Under the pieces are notes generated by a model, which saw only the letters and a list, made by a program, of their open reading frames with translations, did no database searches and was not told where the DNA came from. A stretch of 25,861 bases of DNA, taken from the NCBI RefSeq assembly GCF_006345805.1, contig NW_021835656.1, positions 1-25,861 of the forward strand, written 5' to 3'. This DNA comes from Octopus sinensis (Eukaryota). Both the position numbers and the translations under genes were made by a program. Below, in pieces: positions 9,511 to 20,297 of this stretch (positions are counted from its first letter, which is position 1; each line of letters begins with the position of its first letter).

Positions 9511-9802
9511 CAGAGGTTCTCAGCCGGGGTCCATATGATAGCAAAATAGTAAATTGAAGAGCCACAATAGCGTTTTTAGGGTCCCTGAAAGAGTTTTGCT
9601 TTAGATGTATGTATTGGTATGCGTGGCAAGAAACCGGTTTCTTTCTGTTTGACATGGTCTAGGTGAAAAACAAAATGAGAATTCTTAAAGAAGTATCTAT
9701 AAAACTAGTTTTTAAACATTGAATGGCGACATGATGGGGTCCAACAGAATAAAATAGGAATCAAAGGGGTCCATAGAGAAAAAAATGGTTTAAGAATTCC
9801 TA
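9511..9802 (+). mobile_element. Non-autonomous hAT (Charlie-like) MITE
   Basis: Imperfect TIRs CAGAGGTTCTCAGCC and GGTTTAAGAATTCCTA, subterminal GGGGTCC motifs, and an 8-bp TSD CTGTAAAA (9503-9510) / CTATAAAA (9803-9810), 7/8 identical. An 8-bp TSD is characteristic of hAT elements. Confidence 0.85.
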
Positions 9803-10043
9803 CTATAAAATTCACCTCCAATTTCTGTGGACCAAATTAACACGAGGTGTTAGTTCCTACTTACACCGGTGAACACAATAAAATACTAGCATTATTCGGA
9901 TATTATGGAATTCCTGATGTCCATCAAGTAGTGGGAGCATTTCCACTGTACGGCGACATCTGGTGGCCAATAACTGTGGACGAGATTTGCATTGCGTTCT
10001 TCAAGGTTTTTAACCGAATCTTATTTAACTATATAATCCCCCC

Positions 10044-10349
10044 GTTGAGGCACATAGCGTAGTGGTTAGAGCAGCGGACTCGCGGTCGAGGGATCGCGGG
10101 TTCGAATCTCATACCGGGCAATGTGTGTGTTTATGAGCGATACACTTAAGCTCCATGGGCCTCTGGCAGAAGGTAATGGCGAAACTTCTGCTGACTCTTT
10201 CGCCACAACTTTCTCTCACTCTTTCCTCCTGCATCTTGCATCTCACCTGCGACGGACCGGCGTCCCGTCCAGGTGGGGAACCTATACGCCAAGGAAACCG
10301 GGAAACCGGCCCATATGAACCAGGTGTGACTCGAGAAGGAACAAACAAC
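10044..10349 (+). mobile_element. tRNA-derived SINE family B2: same head and 5' body as family B, different 3' tail
   Basis: The head GAGGCACATAGCGTAGTGGTTAGAGCAGCGGACTC...GGTTCGAATCTC and the next ~120 bp align with family B. The sequence then switches to a tail ending GAGAAGGAACAAACAAC. Confidence 0.85.
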
Positions 10350-10424
10350 TGTTCCCTTTAAAGGATGAAACATATAACCGCCCCCGACACGCACGTACAC
10401 ATAATTATGTATTTGTATGCATGC

Positions 10425-10850
10425 TTGTGTGTGTGTCAATGCCTGATAACCGGTATTGGTTCGTTTTCGTCCCTGTAAATTAACGGTTCAGCAAGAAAGA
10501 GAGCAACAGAACAGGTGTCAATTTTAGTCAGATACTCCAGCATGGCCCAGGTTCGAAGACAAACAAGTCAAAGAATGGTATATTTCCTTTAAAAACTTAC
10601 TCGCTGACAAAATCTACGGAAATCCTCTGCGCGCGCATGTGTGTGCGTGTTTACCCCCCACCTCTTGACAGCCAGTGTTGGTGTGGTTACGTCTCCGTAA
10701 CTTAGCGGTTCGGCAATAGAGACTTCAGCAAAAGAGACCGATAGAATAAGTACCAGTCTTTAAAAAAATAAGTCCTGGGGTCGATTTGTTCGACTAAAAT
10801 CCTTCAATGCGGTGCTCCAGCATGGCCACAGTCAATGACTGAAACAAAGA
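10425..10850 (+). mobile_element. Two adjacent diverged family A 3' domains (about 10425-10575 and 10638-10850)
   Basis: Both carry TGATAACCG/TGACAGCC, (A/G)CGGTTC, CTCCAGCATGGCC and AAACAA motifs. The second has a short internal duplication, TTCGGCAATAGAGAC-TTCAGCAAAAGAGAC. Confidence 0.78.
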
Positions 10851-11120
10851 ATCTACTATCTGTCACGCTGTCTGTCTGTCTACCAACTTCCTGTTACAGT
10901 AATCCATGGGTCGTGGTTTACTCCACCCATTAAAAAATGAATACAATAGTATGTTCCTATCTACCCACTTTTCGCCTGCGTAAATGTACACACACAGTCA
11001 TATATAAAGACAATTAAGGTGTGCTAATTTAGTGAAATTTCGTTCGTTTCTTGAAAAAGGGAGATAATCTCAGCGTAGAATTTCTCTAAAACGGACATGC
11101 CATTATAGAAGAGTCTATTT

Positions 11121-11178
11121 GAAGACAAAAAGGGCAGCAGGGGACGCAGGTTTCGTTCTTCAGCTGCCCTTTTGTCTC
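11121..11178 (-). ncRNA. Degenerate hammerhead-ribozyme-like hairpin with helix II missing
   Basis: The minus strand reads GAGACAAAAGGGCAG-CTGAAGA-AC-GAAAC-CTGC-GTC-CCCTG-CTGCCCTTTTTGTCTTC, with core boxes in type I order inside an inverted repeat of about 15 bp. Confidence 0.4.
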
Positions 11179-11446
11179 CAGACTATGAGACTGTCTTACT
11201 TTATGGCATGTCAGTTTTGTGGAGGTATTCTTGCTTGCGATTATCTCTTTCCCATTAGATTTGGTGTCAATCGTCACCCAGCGTTTGTCCTGCCATCTTT
11301 GGAAGCGATGATAATTACAAGAGATTGTGAGTTTATGTTGCATGGTATTTAACATATCCGTATCCGTCGTTATTGTTCAAACATATGCCATTGGCCATTC
11401 TAAGCTGTTTTGCCTTAATTCGCTTCCATTCTTCTTTTTCATATAT

Positions 11447-11821
11447 AGTATAGGAGCACTCCGTCGGTTGCGACGATGAGGGTCCCAGCTGATACGATCA
11501 ACGGAACAGCTTGCTCGTGATATTAACGTGCAAGTGGCTGAGCATTCCACAGACACGTGTACCCTTAACGTAGTTCTCGAGGAGATTCAGCGTGAAACAC
11601 AGAATGTGACAAGGCTGGCCCTTTGAAATACAGGCACAAGAGAAACAGGAAGAAAGAGCGAGAGAAAGTTGTGGTGAAAGAATACAGCAGGGATCACCCC
11701 CATCCCCTGCCGGAGCCTCGTGGAGCTTTTAGGTGTTTTCGCTCAATAAACACTCATAATGCCCGGTCTGGGAATCGAAACCGCGAGTCCGCTGCCCTAA
11801 CCACTGGACCATTGCGCCTCC
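11447..11821 (-). mobile_element. SINE family B, full length, 14-nt-deletion variant
   Basis: Homologous to 3356-3742. 14-bp TSD TCTTTTTCATATAT at 11433-11446 and 11822-11835. Confidence 0.95.
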
Positions 11822-12224
11822 TCTTTTTCATATATTAGATGAAAAATCAAAACTAAAGCAGAATGAGTATCTCACGTCATTTAGAATGATTTAATTAATA
11901 AAATGAGTTAATAGGCACCAATATGATATATATTATAAAGTTCAGGTATTTTTTTTATAGATGTTTTGTTTCGTATCAATATATATAAGTATAATTTATA
12001 GTAGTATATCATAAAGGAGAAAACGGAGAGTTTGAACAGAGAACTATGAATTTATTTACATTTTGTCAATTTATAAAGGCCTACAATTGTTTCCGTTGAA
12101 GTTCTCACAATTAATTACATAAATTAAAAGAAATAAAGAGATTTATTTACTGATAATCATAAACGAAAACTAATCTGTATACATATATAACGGGGTTTTT
12201 TTTTTGTCTGTTTCAAACATATTA

Positions 12225-12255
<31 letters not shown>

Positions 12256-12540
12256 CGCAAACGCTGCTACGTTAGTCTGTTGACGTACACCCAATCTATT
12301 AGAATGTAAACACTTTCATGCCAGTTTTCGTCCTGAAGAAATATCTACCTTAGTAATTTCATAATGCAATTTTAATTTGTAATTCGAATGAGAACAGATA
12401 TGGAAATAACTGTAGGCGTTTATAGATTCACTGTAAAGAAATCGATAGTTTTCGGTTCAAACTCGCAATTTTCTTTTTTATGGCATACTGTGTGTGTATG
12501 TATGTATGTATGTATGTATATACAGAGAGAGAGAGAAACG

Positions 12541-12830
12541 TGAGGGCGTATGGCTTAGTGGTTAGAGTGTTGCACTTACAGTCGCAAGATCGTGGTTTCA
12601 ATTCCTAGACCGGATGTTGCGTTGTGTTCTTGAGCAAAACACTTCATCTCACTTTGCTCTGCGACCACCTGGGCAATTGATGCGTTGCACACAGTGACAC
12701 CTGTTCAGGCAACGGCGATTTGACGGAGAGAGGGAGCTAATGTACGGCACACACACCTGATCACTATAAACGAATCATTTGTGCAGTTCGCTCGGTAAAA
12801 GCTGAACTCTCATACGTCGTCTTCGACGAG
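12541..12830 (+). mobile_element. tRNA-derived SINE, family D, diverged
   Basis: A-box TGGCTTAGTGG (12551-12561), B-box-like GGTTTCAATTCC, then the TTGAGCAAAACACTT block common in SINE bodies. The 3' boundary is approximate. Confidence 0.7.
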
Positions 12831-12836
12831 AGAGAG

Positions 12837-12839
<3 letters not shown>

Positions 12840-12923
<84 letters not shown>
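12840..12923. repeat. Compound (TA)n(GA)n microsatellite
   Basis: Seen directly. Confidence 0.97.
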
Positions 12924-12927
<4 letters not shown>

Positions 12928-12969
12928 TTTCCGTTGTTTTCTTTCCCCATCTGTTTTCTCTCTTCGTTC

Positions 12970-13007
12970 ATCTCTGATGAAGAGCGTAGGCTCGAAACGT
13001 CAAAGAT
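12970..13007 (+). ncRNA. Minimal type I hammerhead ribozyme motif (Penelope/retrozyme type) inside a non-coding repeat (about 12930-13100)
   Basis: CTGATGA (12974-12980), extra A, helix II GAGC-gtag-GCTC, GAAAC-GTC (12994-13001). Helix I is imperfect (ATCT/AGAT with a 2-nt offset). Confidence 0.65.
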
Positions 13008-13689
13008 TCTTCCATTTTTTTTGAACGCCAAACTAATACACTTTGTGTGTTGCCCCAACACCCGTTTCTGTGTTTTGTGTTTTTTGCATTATTTTGAACC
13101 TCACACACGCGCACGCACATGGAAGCGAGTGGCCAAACGAGAAAAAAAACGCACTCAGTACATTTTGTAGGAGTTACGGATATCATAATATAAAACAATT
13201 GGATTCGGCTCCCTACGACTCTAAGAAGTTTGTGAAACTGAGATAGGGAACTGAATCAAACTGTTTTAAATGATAATGATAATAATAATAATAATAATAA
13301 TAGTAGTATTTATATAAGAGATTAGAAACTTCGGGAGACGTGAAATAATTAGGTTTTTAACGTTAAAAACGATGATAGATAGATGAAAACAAATGTAGAA
13401 AATAAGAGGAAACTGGGGGTAACAGACGGAAAAAGATAAGATGAATAAGTAAATGAATGGATAAAAAGGAAAACAAAACAAAAAAGATGCAGAAAAGGAA
13501 AAAATGAAATTAAAACAAAGAAGAAAAGAATGAAATTATTCGAAAATAGGAGGGAAAATGTAGGAAGGATAAAAGATAAAAAATAAAAGAGGGAATAGAG
13601 AAAGAAAGAAGTAGAGAAGGAAAGAAGAAAGAAAAATAAGGAAGAAAGAAAAGAGAGAAAGAGAGGAGGAAATCTTCTTAAGGATTGTA

Positions 13690-13990
13690 AAATCGACCAA
13701 AACAGTTCCGCTGCCACCTTTCCTCAATCCTATTGATCGTATGGCGGCTGCGAACAGCGTAGCCGGCGACGGCGCCACCTATTGAGTATTGCGTGCGCTT
13801 GGTGGGCGAGTTCCTTCCCCCTTGATCTTCTTCACTCCGACATCTCTCCGGTTTTTGTCGCTCGGTTTAAGGGAAGAACGAAGGAACGGCGGCGGCGGCG
13901 ATGGCATGGCACGAAAATTGAGCTTGCGAATAATCGATACGATAACTCAACGTTGCTAAGCAACCTCAGCCGAACGGAAGAGAAAAGAAT
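13690..13990. promoter_or_regulatory. CpG-rich unique island, candidate promoter or insulator
   Basis: Visibly GC- and CpG-rich in an AT-rich context and not matched to any repeat in the window. ATGGCGGC (YY1-like) at 13741-13748; CTCF-like TCAATAGGTGGCGC on the minus strand at 13772-13785; palindromic GTTGCTAAGCAAC (RFX X-box-like) at 13952-13964. Confidence 0.45.
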
Positions 13991-14048
13991 GGCAGAAGGT
14001 GATACGCACATCCAGAGAAAAAAACACACACACACAGAGGAACAAATG

Positions 14049-14089
<41 letters not shown>

Positions 14090-14320
14090 CTGAGCAAACA
14101 GACAAATATACACACATATATGTATATATATAGGAACAAACAGTCACACCATAGGCAAATAGCTAATATGTACACGTTGCAGTTCACAAACATAAAGAAA
14201 AAAGAAGTACTCAATACAAAAATAGAGTGTAAATATTTATTATAAGCCCCTGACGTCATTCTCTGTTTCTAAACAGAGCTTCATGTTGTTTGTCGCCGAT
14301 CCAGCCACACGCCACGAATA

Positions 14321-14380
<60 letters not shown>

Positions 14381-14399
14381 AATAAACATATGCATATAT

Positions 14400-14830
14400 A
14401 CATACATATATGTACGTACCTACCTCTACATGTATATATACATGCATATATGGGTACAGGACACCAAAAAAACGTCGAACACAATGAGAGACGAAAACAA
14501 ACACAAAACCAAGGAAATGGACATTTTTTTAAACAACGAAAAAATAGAGTACAGGACATACAAAACAAGGAAAATTCCCCTTCTTCAGTCGCCTTAGTTT
14601 CATCTACTCCACGTTTCGAAGGTCAAGGCGATACATGACTTCAATGAAATTTTCCTTCCCGCGAAAATCAAATTAAATAAAATTTGAGATTTTTTTGCGG
14701 AGGGGTAAAAATGGTAACAAAAACAGGACAGTAACGACAGTACAAAATATAAACAGTAAAAGACAGACACGGAGAATAACAGTAACACAAACAAGAAGGG
14801 CTGTTAAGCCAAACGAGATAAAAAAATTTT
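14400..14830 (-). repeat. Interspersed repeat, longer copy of the family at 8125-8300
   Basis: Reverse-complement homology to 8125-8300 over about 14400-14630. The extension to about 14830 is an estimate. Confidence 0.6.
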
Positions 14831-16326
14831 ACGAATATTTATTTCTCTTTGTGTGTTTATGTTAATTGAAAGAGGGACTCAGTGCAAAAGTAGAGACTCG
14901 ATAAATAATATTTTTGACTGTAACTTCAAAGTTTCACCGAATGTATACCTTATTAGCAAAAGAAGCTTTGTTAATAGCCAGATATATTTTTTAAAAAACG
15001 TAATGCCTAAAATTCTGCTACAGCAAATGTGTAATAAACTATAAAATGAACCCAGAGTTAACGGTTGGTCAAGTTTTTCATCTCGCCACTATGATTTTAT
15101 TAGTTACAGAAACGTGACCCCTTCCATGACCCCTTGCTGCCCACTTGAAAAACGCAGATGAAGGGGCCTCGCTATTAACATTTGGTTTGAAAGCGAGGTT
15201 TAAGAATAACAACGTGCCGAGGTAAGTTACTTTTCCGAACAAAACAAAGAACTGAAAAGAAATATATATAAAAACAAAATATATCAGGAACCTCACTGTG
15301 TCTGATACACGCACTCATACATTCGATGTTCATTGTTTTCTGAAAACTCTTCTCTGAAGAGATGAGAGTCGCAGCATGTGGCCATGTAAGAAGGTAACAG
15401 ACATCAAGTACTCCTCACCTAATTCTTTGTTATTATGAATTATTAAGATCATCTGATTAAAAAACTCTCTCTCTCTTTGAACAAAAACAAACCATCCACA
15501 AACGCTTCTAATTTTGTAGTCTATGTAGCACGGAGAAAAACACCTCGAAACCTCAAATGATTGTATAAAGACAAGACCTGAAATTTTAAGCAAATGCAGA
15601 TATATTAACAAATTCCTCCCATCTAATTTTAATCAATAAAAGCCGATTAAGTTACATACTTTTGTTGTTGATTTAGCGAGCAACCGTGTTGTATACAAGA
15701 CTTTTACATTTCACGTCCTCACCCCCTTAAAAATACGCTCAGTCGTTCCTGATGAAAACCAATATGGCACCCGACATATAATACTTACTTTCTTTTTTTT
15801 TCCGATAAAATATGACACGGAATATTAAATGGAATTATCCTCTGTCAGTTGAATTGGTCGTTCCAATGTTGCCAGAATTTTAACAATTCATAAATGAAAG
15901 TCTTTTTGTAGGCCAAGAGATCGTAGATCATTTATCTTAAATATATACAAAAAATAATATAAGAAATTTCCCTGCTCCCATAGAGAGTATAAATCAAAGA
16001 AAAGTTTCCAATACAAACACAAAACATGTCTTCTGTATAATTGCAACGACCCTAATGTCAGCCCTGTGAGCTACATGCGCGTTCTGGTACTAATTTATCG
16101 AACTAAGGGCTATTCCAAAACACAATGACACAAAAAGCTATTTAAGGTTTGAGTGGAAATCCCTTTAAAAAATTATTGCTATATCGGTGCACATTGAAAC
16201 ACCCAGAGAAACACCTTTCCACTTCACTGATAACATCAATAAAAAAAAACAATTGTTTTATAATAAAATAGATATCCCTCGAAATTAATGGTCCAAAAGG
16301 CTGTTACTTTTGCTTATCAGGAAAAA

Positions 16327-16699
16327 TTAGAGAAGCACTCCGTCGGTTACGACGATGAGGGTTCCGGTTGATCCGATCAACGGAACAGCCTGCTCGTGAA
16401 ATTAACGTGTAAGTGACTGAGCACTGCACAGACACGTGTACCCTTAACGTAGTTCTCGGGGATATTCAGCGTGACACAGAGAGTGACAAGGCTGGCCCCT
16501 TTGAAATACAGGTACAACAGAAACAGGAAGTAAGAGTGAGAGAAAGTTGTGGTGAAAGAGTACAGCAGGGATCACCACCATCCCTGCCGGAGCCTCGTGG
16601 AGCTTTAGGTGTTTTCGCTCAATAGACACTCACAACGCCCGGTCTGGGAATCGAAACCGCGAGTCCGCTGCCCTAACCACTGGGCCATTGCGCCTCCAC
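16327..16699 (-). mobile_element. SINE family B, full length, 14-nt-deletion variant
   Basis: Nearly identical to the 3356-3742 copy apart from the deletion. 11-bp TSD ATCAGGAAAAA at 16316-16326 and 16700-16710. Confidence 0.95.
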
Positions 16700-16852
16700 A
16701 TCAGGAAAAAGATAACATATTACAACCGTTTGTTATTTTCAACAAAACATGGCTATTTTCCCATTTACGGAATTTCCAACTGTTCCCTGGATAAAACGGA
16801 TTCTCACGAAACGAATTCATCATTCACAAAATGACTGACACAAAGCATCATC

Positions 16853-17030
16853 AATGCTTTGTGGTATTTCGTCTGTCTTTACGTTCTGAGTTCAAATTCC
16901 GCTGAGGTCGACTTTGCCTTTCATCCTTTCGGGGGTCGATAAATTAAGTACCAGTTACGCACTGGGGTCGATGTAATCGACTGGACCCCTCCCCCCAAAT
17001 TTCGGGCCTTGTGCCTAGTGTTGAAAAGAA
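16853..17030 (+). mobile_element. SINE family C, 5'-truncated
   Basis: B-box-like GAGTTCAAATTC at about 16889-16900, followed by the GTCGACTTTGCCTTTCATCCTTTCGGGGGTCGATAAATTAAGTACC core seen in many metazoan SINEs. Confidence 0.75.
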
Positions 17031-17125
17031 AAGAATAAACTTTCCTTAACAATCGTCCCATTTTCTGCTTGTGTCTGTGTGTCTGATACTGAAGTCATAA
17101 AAGCATGAATCCATTTTTTTTAACG

Positions 17126-17456
17126 TTTACTTGTTTCAGTCATTAGACTGCGGCCATGCTGGAGCCCCGCCTTCAAGAATTTCAATCGAACGAATCTAAC
17201 TCAGAAATTATCTTTATTTTAAGGCCCGGTACTTATTCTACCGGTCTCTTTTTGCCGAAGCACTAAGTCACGAGCACGTAAACACACCAGCGCCGGTTAT
17301 CAAGCAGTGGTAGTGGGACACACACACACACAATGGGTTTCTTTCAGCTTTCATGTACCAAATCCACTCACAAGGCTTTGGTTGGCCTGAGGCTATAGTA
17401 GAAGACACTCGCCGAAGGTGCCACACAGTGGGACTGAACCCGGAACCATGTGGTTG
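17126..17456 (-). mobile_element. SINE family A, older copy, head truncated, almost no internal microsatellite
   Basis: Reverse-complement homology to family A. Confidence 0.88.
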
Positions 17457-17479
17457 AAAAGACCTAGGAGTAGAACACC

Positions 17480-17790
17480 CACGTGAATCTTCAATTCGGT
17501 TTTCATGCTTGCCTTCACCAATGATCACAAAGATCGGGTACTGAGGGAAAGTGAACTGTTGCAGATACAAGCAGCCGAAAAGGGGTTCTCCCGAAGGGCC
17601 TGTAGGGTGAGATTAGTCGACAGGGTGCACAGCTCAGAGATCAGCAGGTCTCTCCAAGTCGAGCCAATACTTCTCAACACTGAGAGACACCAACTTCTGT
17701 TCTACCGTATACGTGATTGGAGTGTCACGGGGAAGAGCCACAAGACAGATTCTTGAAACCGAACCAATTAGTAGAAGACCAAGGAACTGA
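17480..17790 (+). pseudogene. RTE-clade LINE ORF2 fragment, post-RT region
   Basis: IFNSVFMLAFTNDHKDRVL...IQAAEKGFSRR...DRVHSSEISRSLQVEPILLNTERHQL, then in another frame QILETEPISRRPR. This follows the RTE pattern YGxExW...E..FLRR...DRVR...I...L.VE...GRRPRGRP. Confidence 0.8.
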
Positions 17791-17819
17791 AAAAGAACAA
17801 GATGATTGTATAATATCCT

Positions 17820-18348
17820 TAGGCGCAGGCGTGGCTGTATGGTTAGAAGCTTGCTCCCCAACAACATGTTCAGTTCAACTGCGTGGCACCTTGGCCATGT
17901 ACCATCTACTATAACGACGCCGTGGTGATCTCATTCTTGCTCACAACATCATAAGCGGAAAGTGTAACCTCTCGAAAGAGCTGTTCTTCACTCCTGCTCC
18001 AGAGCGTCGGCTGCGGGGTCACTCCGAAAAGCTCTATCGGCGACGATTTCGTCTCAATCGAAGGAGAGGGGCTTTCTCCGTCCGGGTTGCGGATCCATGG
18101 AATAAGCTGCCGGACGAGATGGTGAAGATGCCGACGACCGCTCGGTTCAAAGTTTCCCTTGACCACAAGTGGCCTGAACTCTTTACATGAACACCACCCT
18201 GTACTTAACTCCATGTCCCCCTACATGGTCTTGCTTTTAGCTTTTTGAGCCAAAAAATTAACTAACTAACAGAAGCCTCGAGCCGATTAAAGTCTTGTGA
18301 GTGGAGTTAGTCGACAGAAACTGAAAAAAGCCCGTCGTATATATATAT

Positions 18349-18384
<36 letters not shown>

Positions 18385-18589
18385 GTGTGTGTGTGTCACC
18401 CGGCCATCGCGTGACAACCGACGCTGGTGTGTTTGTCCCCGTAACTTAGTGGTTCGTCAAAAGAGGCCGATAGAATAAGTACTAGACTTACAAAAGAATA
18501 AGTCATGGGGTTGATTTCTTCGATTAAAAAAAACCTTTTAAAGAGTTGCTCCAGCATGGCCGGTGTAAAACGACTGAAACAAGAAAAAA
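17820..18589 (+). mobile_element. SINE family A (older) interrupted by a CR1 insertion: 17820-17913 and 18271-18589
   Basis: The consensus junction CTACTATA|GCCTCG is split exactly by the CR1 fragment. Confidence 0.87.
17914..18270 (+). mobile_element. 5'-truncated CR1-clade LINE: ORF2 C-terminus, 3' UTR and (TAAC)n tail
   Basis: Stop-free frame at 17915-18190, not in the ORF track: RRRGDLILAHNIISGK...FF...RRLRGHSEKL...RLNRRRGAFSVRVADPWNKLPDEMV...FKVSLDHKWPELFT*. This is the classic CR1 end motif set (RGDL, RGH.KL, FS.RV..WN.LP, FK..LD). Tail TTAACTAACTAAC at 18258-18270. Confidence 0.92.
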
Positions 18590-19068
18590 TCCCAGCTGGT
18601 CATGTTTGGGAATCCGTCCGGAAGTGTAATGAGGGCTGGTTCTGATAGAACCCTATGGGGGAGGTACTTGAGGACTCGAACCCCAAGATTCTCCGACAAA
18701 CAGGGGTGCAGAAGGTAGGATGGATAGGTAGCAACATCTACAGTTCACTGTATTTTGATTTGCTGGTGAATATTTTTGCTGATATAGTGTCACGCTACTC
18801 TCCTTCATTGGTGATTTCAATAAAAGGCAACGTGATACTCGGAGTAAAGATTCAAGAAGCTTCCGCCTCTAAGATGGGTGTGTGTGTATACGGGTGAGTA
18901 GATACAAGAAAGAAAAGGGCTCCCAACACCTTGTAGTTCCTTATATATATATATATCTTCAAATATCTATTCAGATTTATGAATATATTTAACATACACA
19001 CACCATATACTATGTATATGTATATATGTATGTTTTCATAAACGCATTACACATGTACACACGCATTC

Positions 19069-19120
<52 letters not shown>

Positions 19121-19325
19121 TCTGCCCTAGAGGAAATAATAATTTACATATTTATGCAGGCACCACATATCTAAAAACAAGCAAATAAACTGTATAATCC
19201 TCGCTCTCTCTCTCTTTCTTTCTCTTTCTTTCTCTTGCCACACACACACACACACACGGTTTATATCGGAGCACAGCTGCCAAAGGCAACACACTCATGG
19301 AACACCGAATAAAAGACATAACGTT

Positions 19326-19520
19326 ATCATCATCATCATCATCATTATTATTACGAAAGAAGAAAATGATGATGATGATGATTGTAGTGTTTACAAAACA
19401 AAAGATATGAAGATGAGGTTCATCATCATCTTCATATCTATGATGATGATGATGATGGTGATGGGGACGATGATGATGATGATGATGGCTGTGGTGGTGA
19501 TGATGATGATGATTATGATG
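19326..19520. repeat. (ATC)n/(ATG)n trinucleotide cluster
   Basis: Seen directly, with interruptions. Confidence 0.9.
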
Positions 19521-19781
19521 ATAATTGTAATGGGGTGATAAGACAGTCTTTAATAATCAGGAAGACGACGTTGTGGATAATGATGAAGGTGGGAGTGGGG
19601 ACAAAAGGGATCGGCAGGAATAAACATGGCGGGGGAGAGAGAGAGAGAGAGAGAGAGAAAGGGAGAAAAGAGGCATGGTGGTGGTGGTGGTGGGGGAGCG
19701 GGAGAATGAAAGTAAAAATGGAGGAATGAAGATGAGAAGGAAGAGAAGAGGGGGTTTGATATTTTGGTTGAAAATAGTGAG

Positions 19782-19812
<31 letters not shown>

Positions 19813-20016
19813 TAAAAATAATAATAATAATAAAAATAATAATAAAAATAATAATAATAATAAAAATAATAATAATAATAATAACAATAATAATAAAAAT
19901 GATAATAATAATAATAATAATAATAAAAATATCAATAATAATAAAAATAATAACAATAATAATAATAACAATAATAATAAAAATGATAATAATAATAATA
20001 ATAATAAAAATATCAG

Positions 20017-20047
<31 letters not shown>

Positions 20048-20061
20048 AATAAAAATATCAA

Positions 20062-20092
<31 letters not shown>

Positions 20093-20114
20093 AATAACAA
20101 TAATAATAAAAATG

Positions 20115-20148
<34 letters not shown>

Positions 20149-20177
20149 TAATAATAATAAAAATAATAATAAAAATG

Positions 20178-20211
<34 letters not shown>

Positions 20212-20297
20212 TAACAATAATAATAATAATAAAAATAACAATAATAATAATAATAATAATTATAATAATAACAATAATAATAATAATAATACAATAA
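19782..20297. repeat. Long interrupted (AAT)n array
   Basis: About 515 bp of AAT units with AAA/AAC/GAT/ATC variants. It explains the poly-Leu, poly-Ile and poly-Tyr ORFs. A second pure (AAT)n lies at about 20385-20416. Confidence 0.97.

Noticed and set aside
18600-18890. Minus-strand LPFIEI...KIF...IHP, faintly like the PLE RT thumb
   Set aside because: Too few conserved residues and several stops; it cannot be distinguished from chance.
19513-20297. 242-aa poly-Leu ORF and the overlapping poly-Ile and poly-Tyr ORFs
   Set aside because: They are translations of the (AAT)n array and neighbouring simple repeats, with no protein-like complexity.
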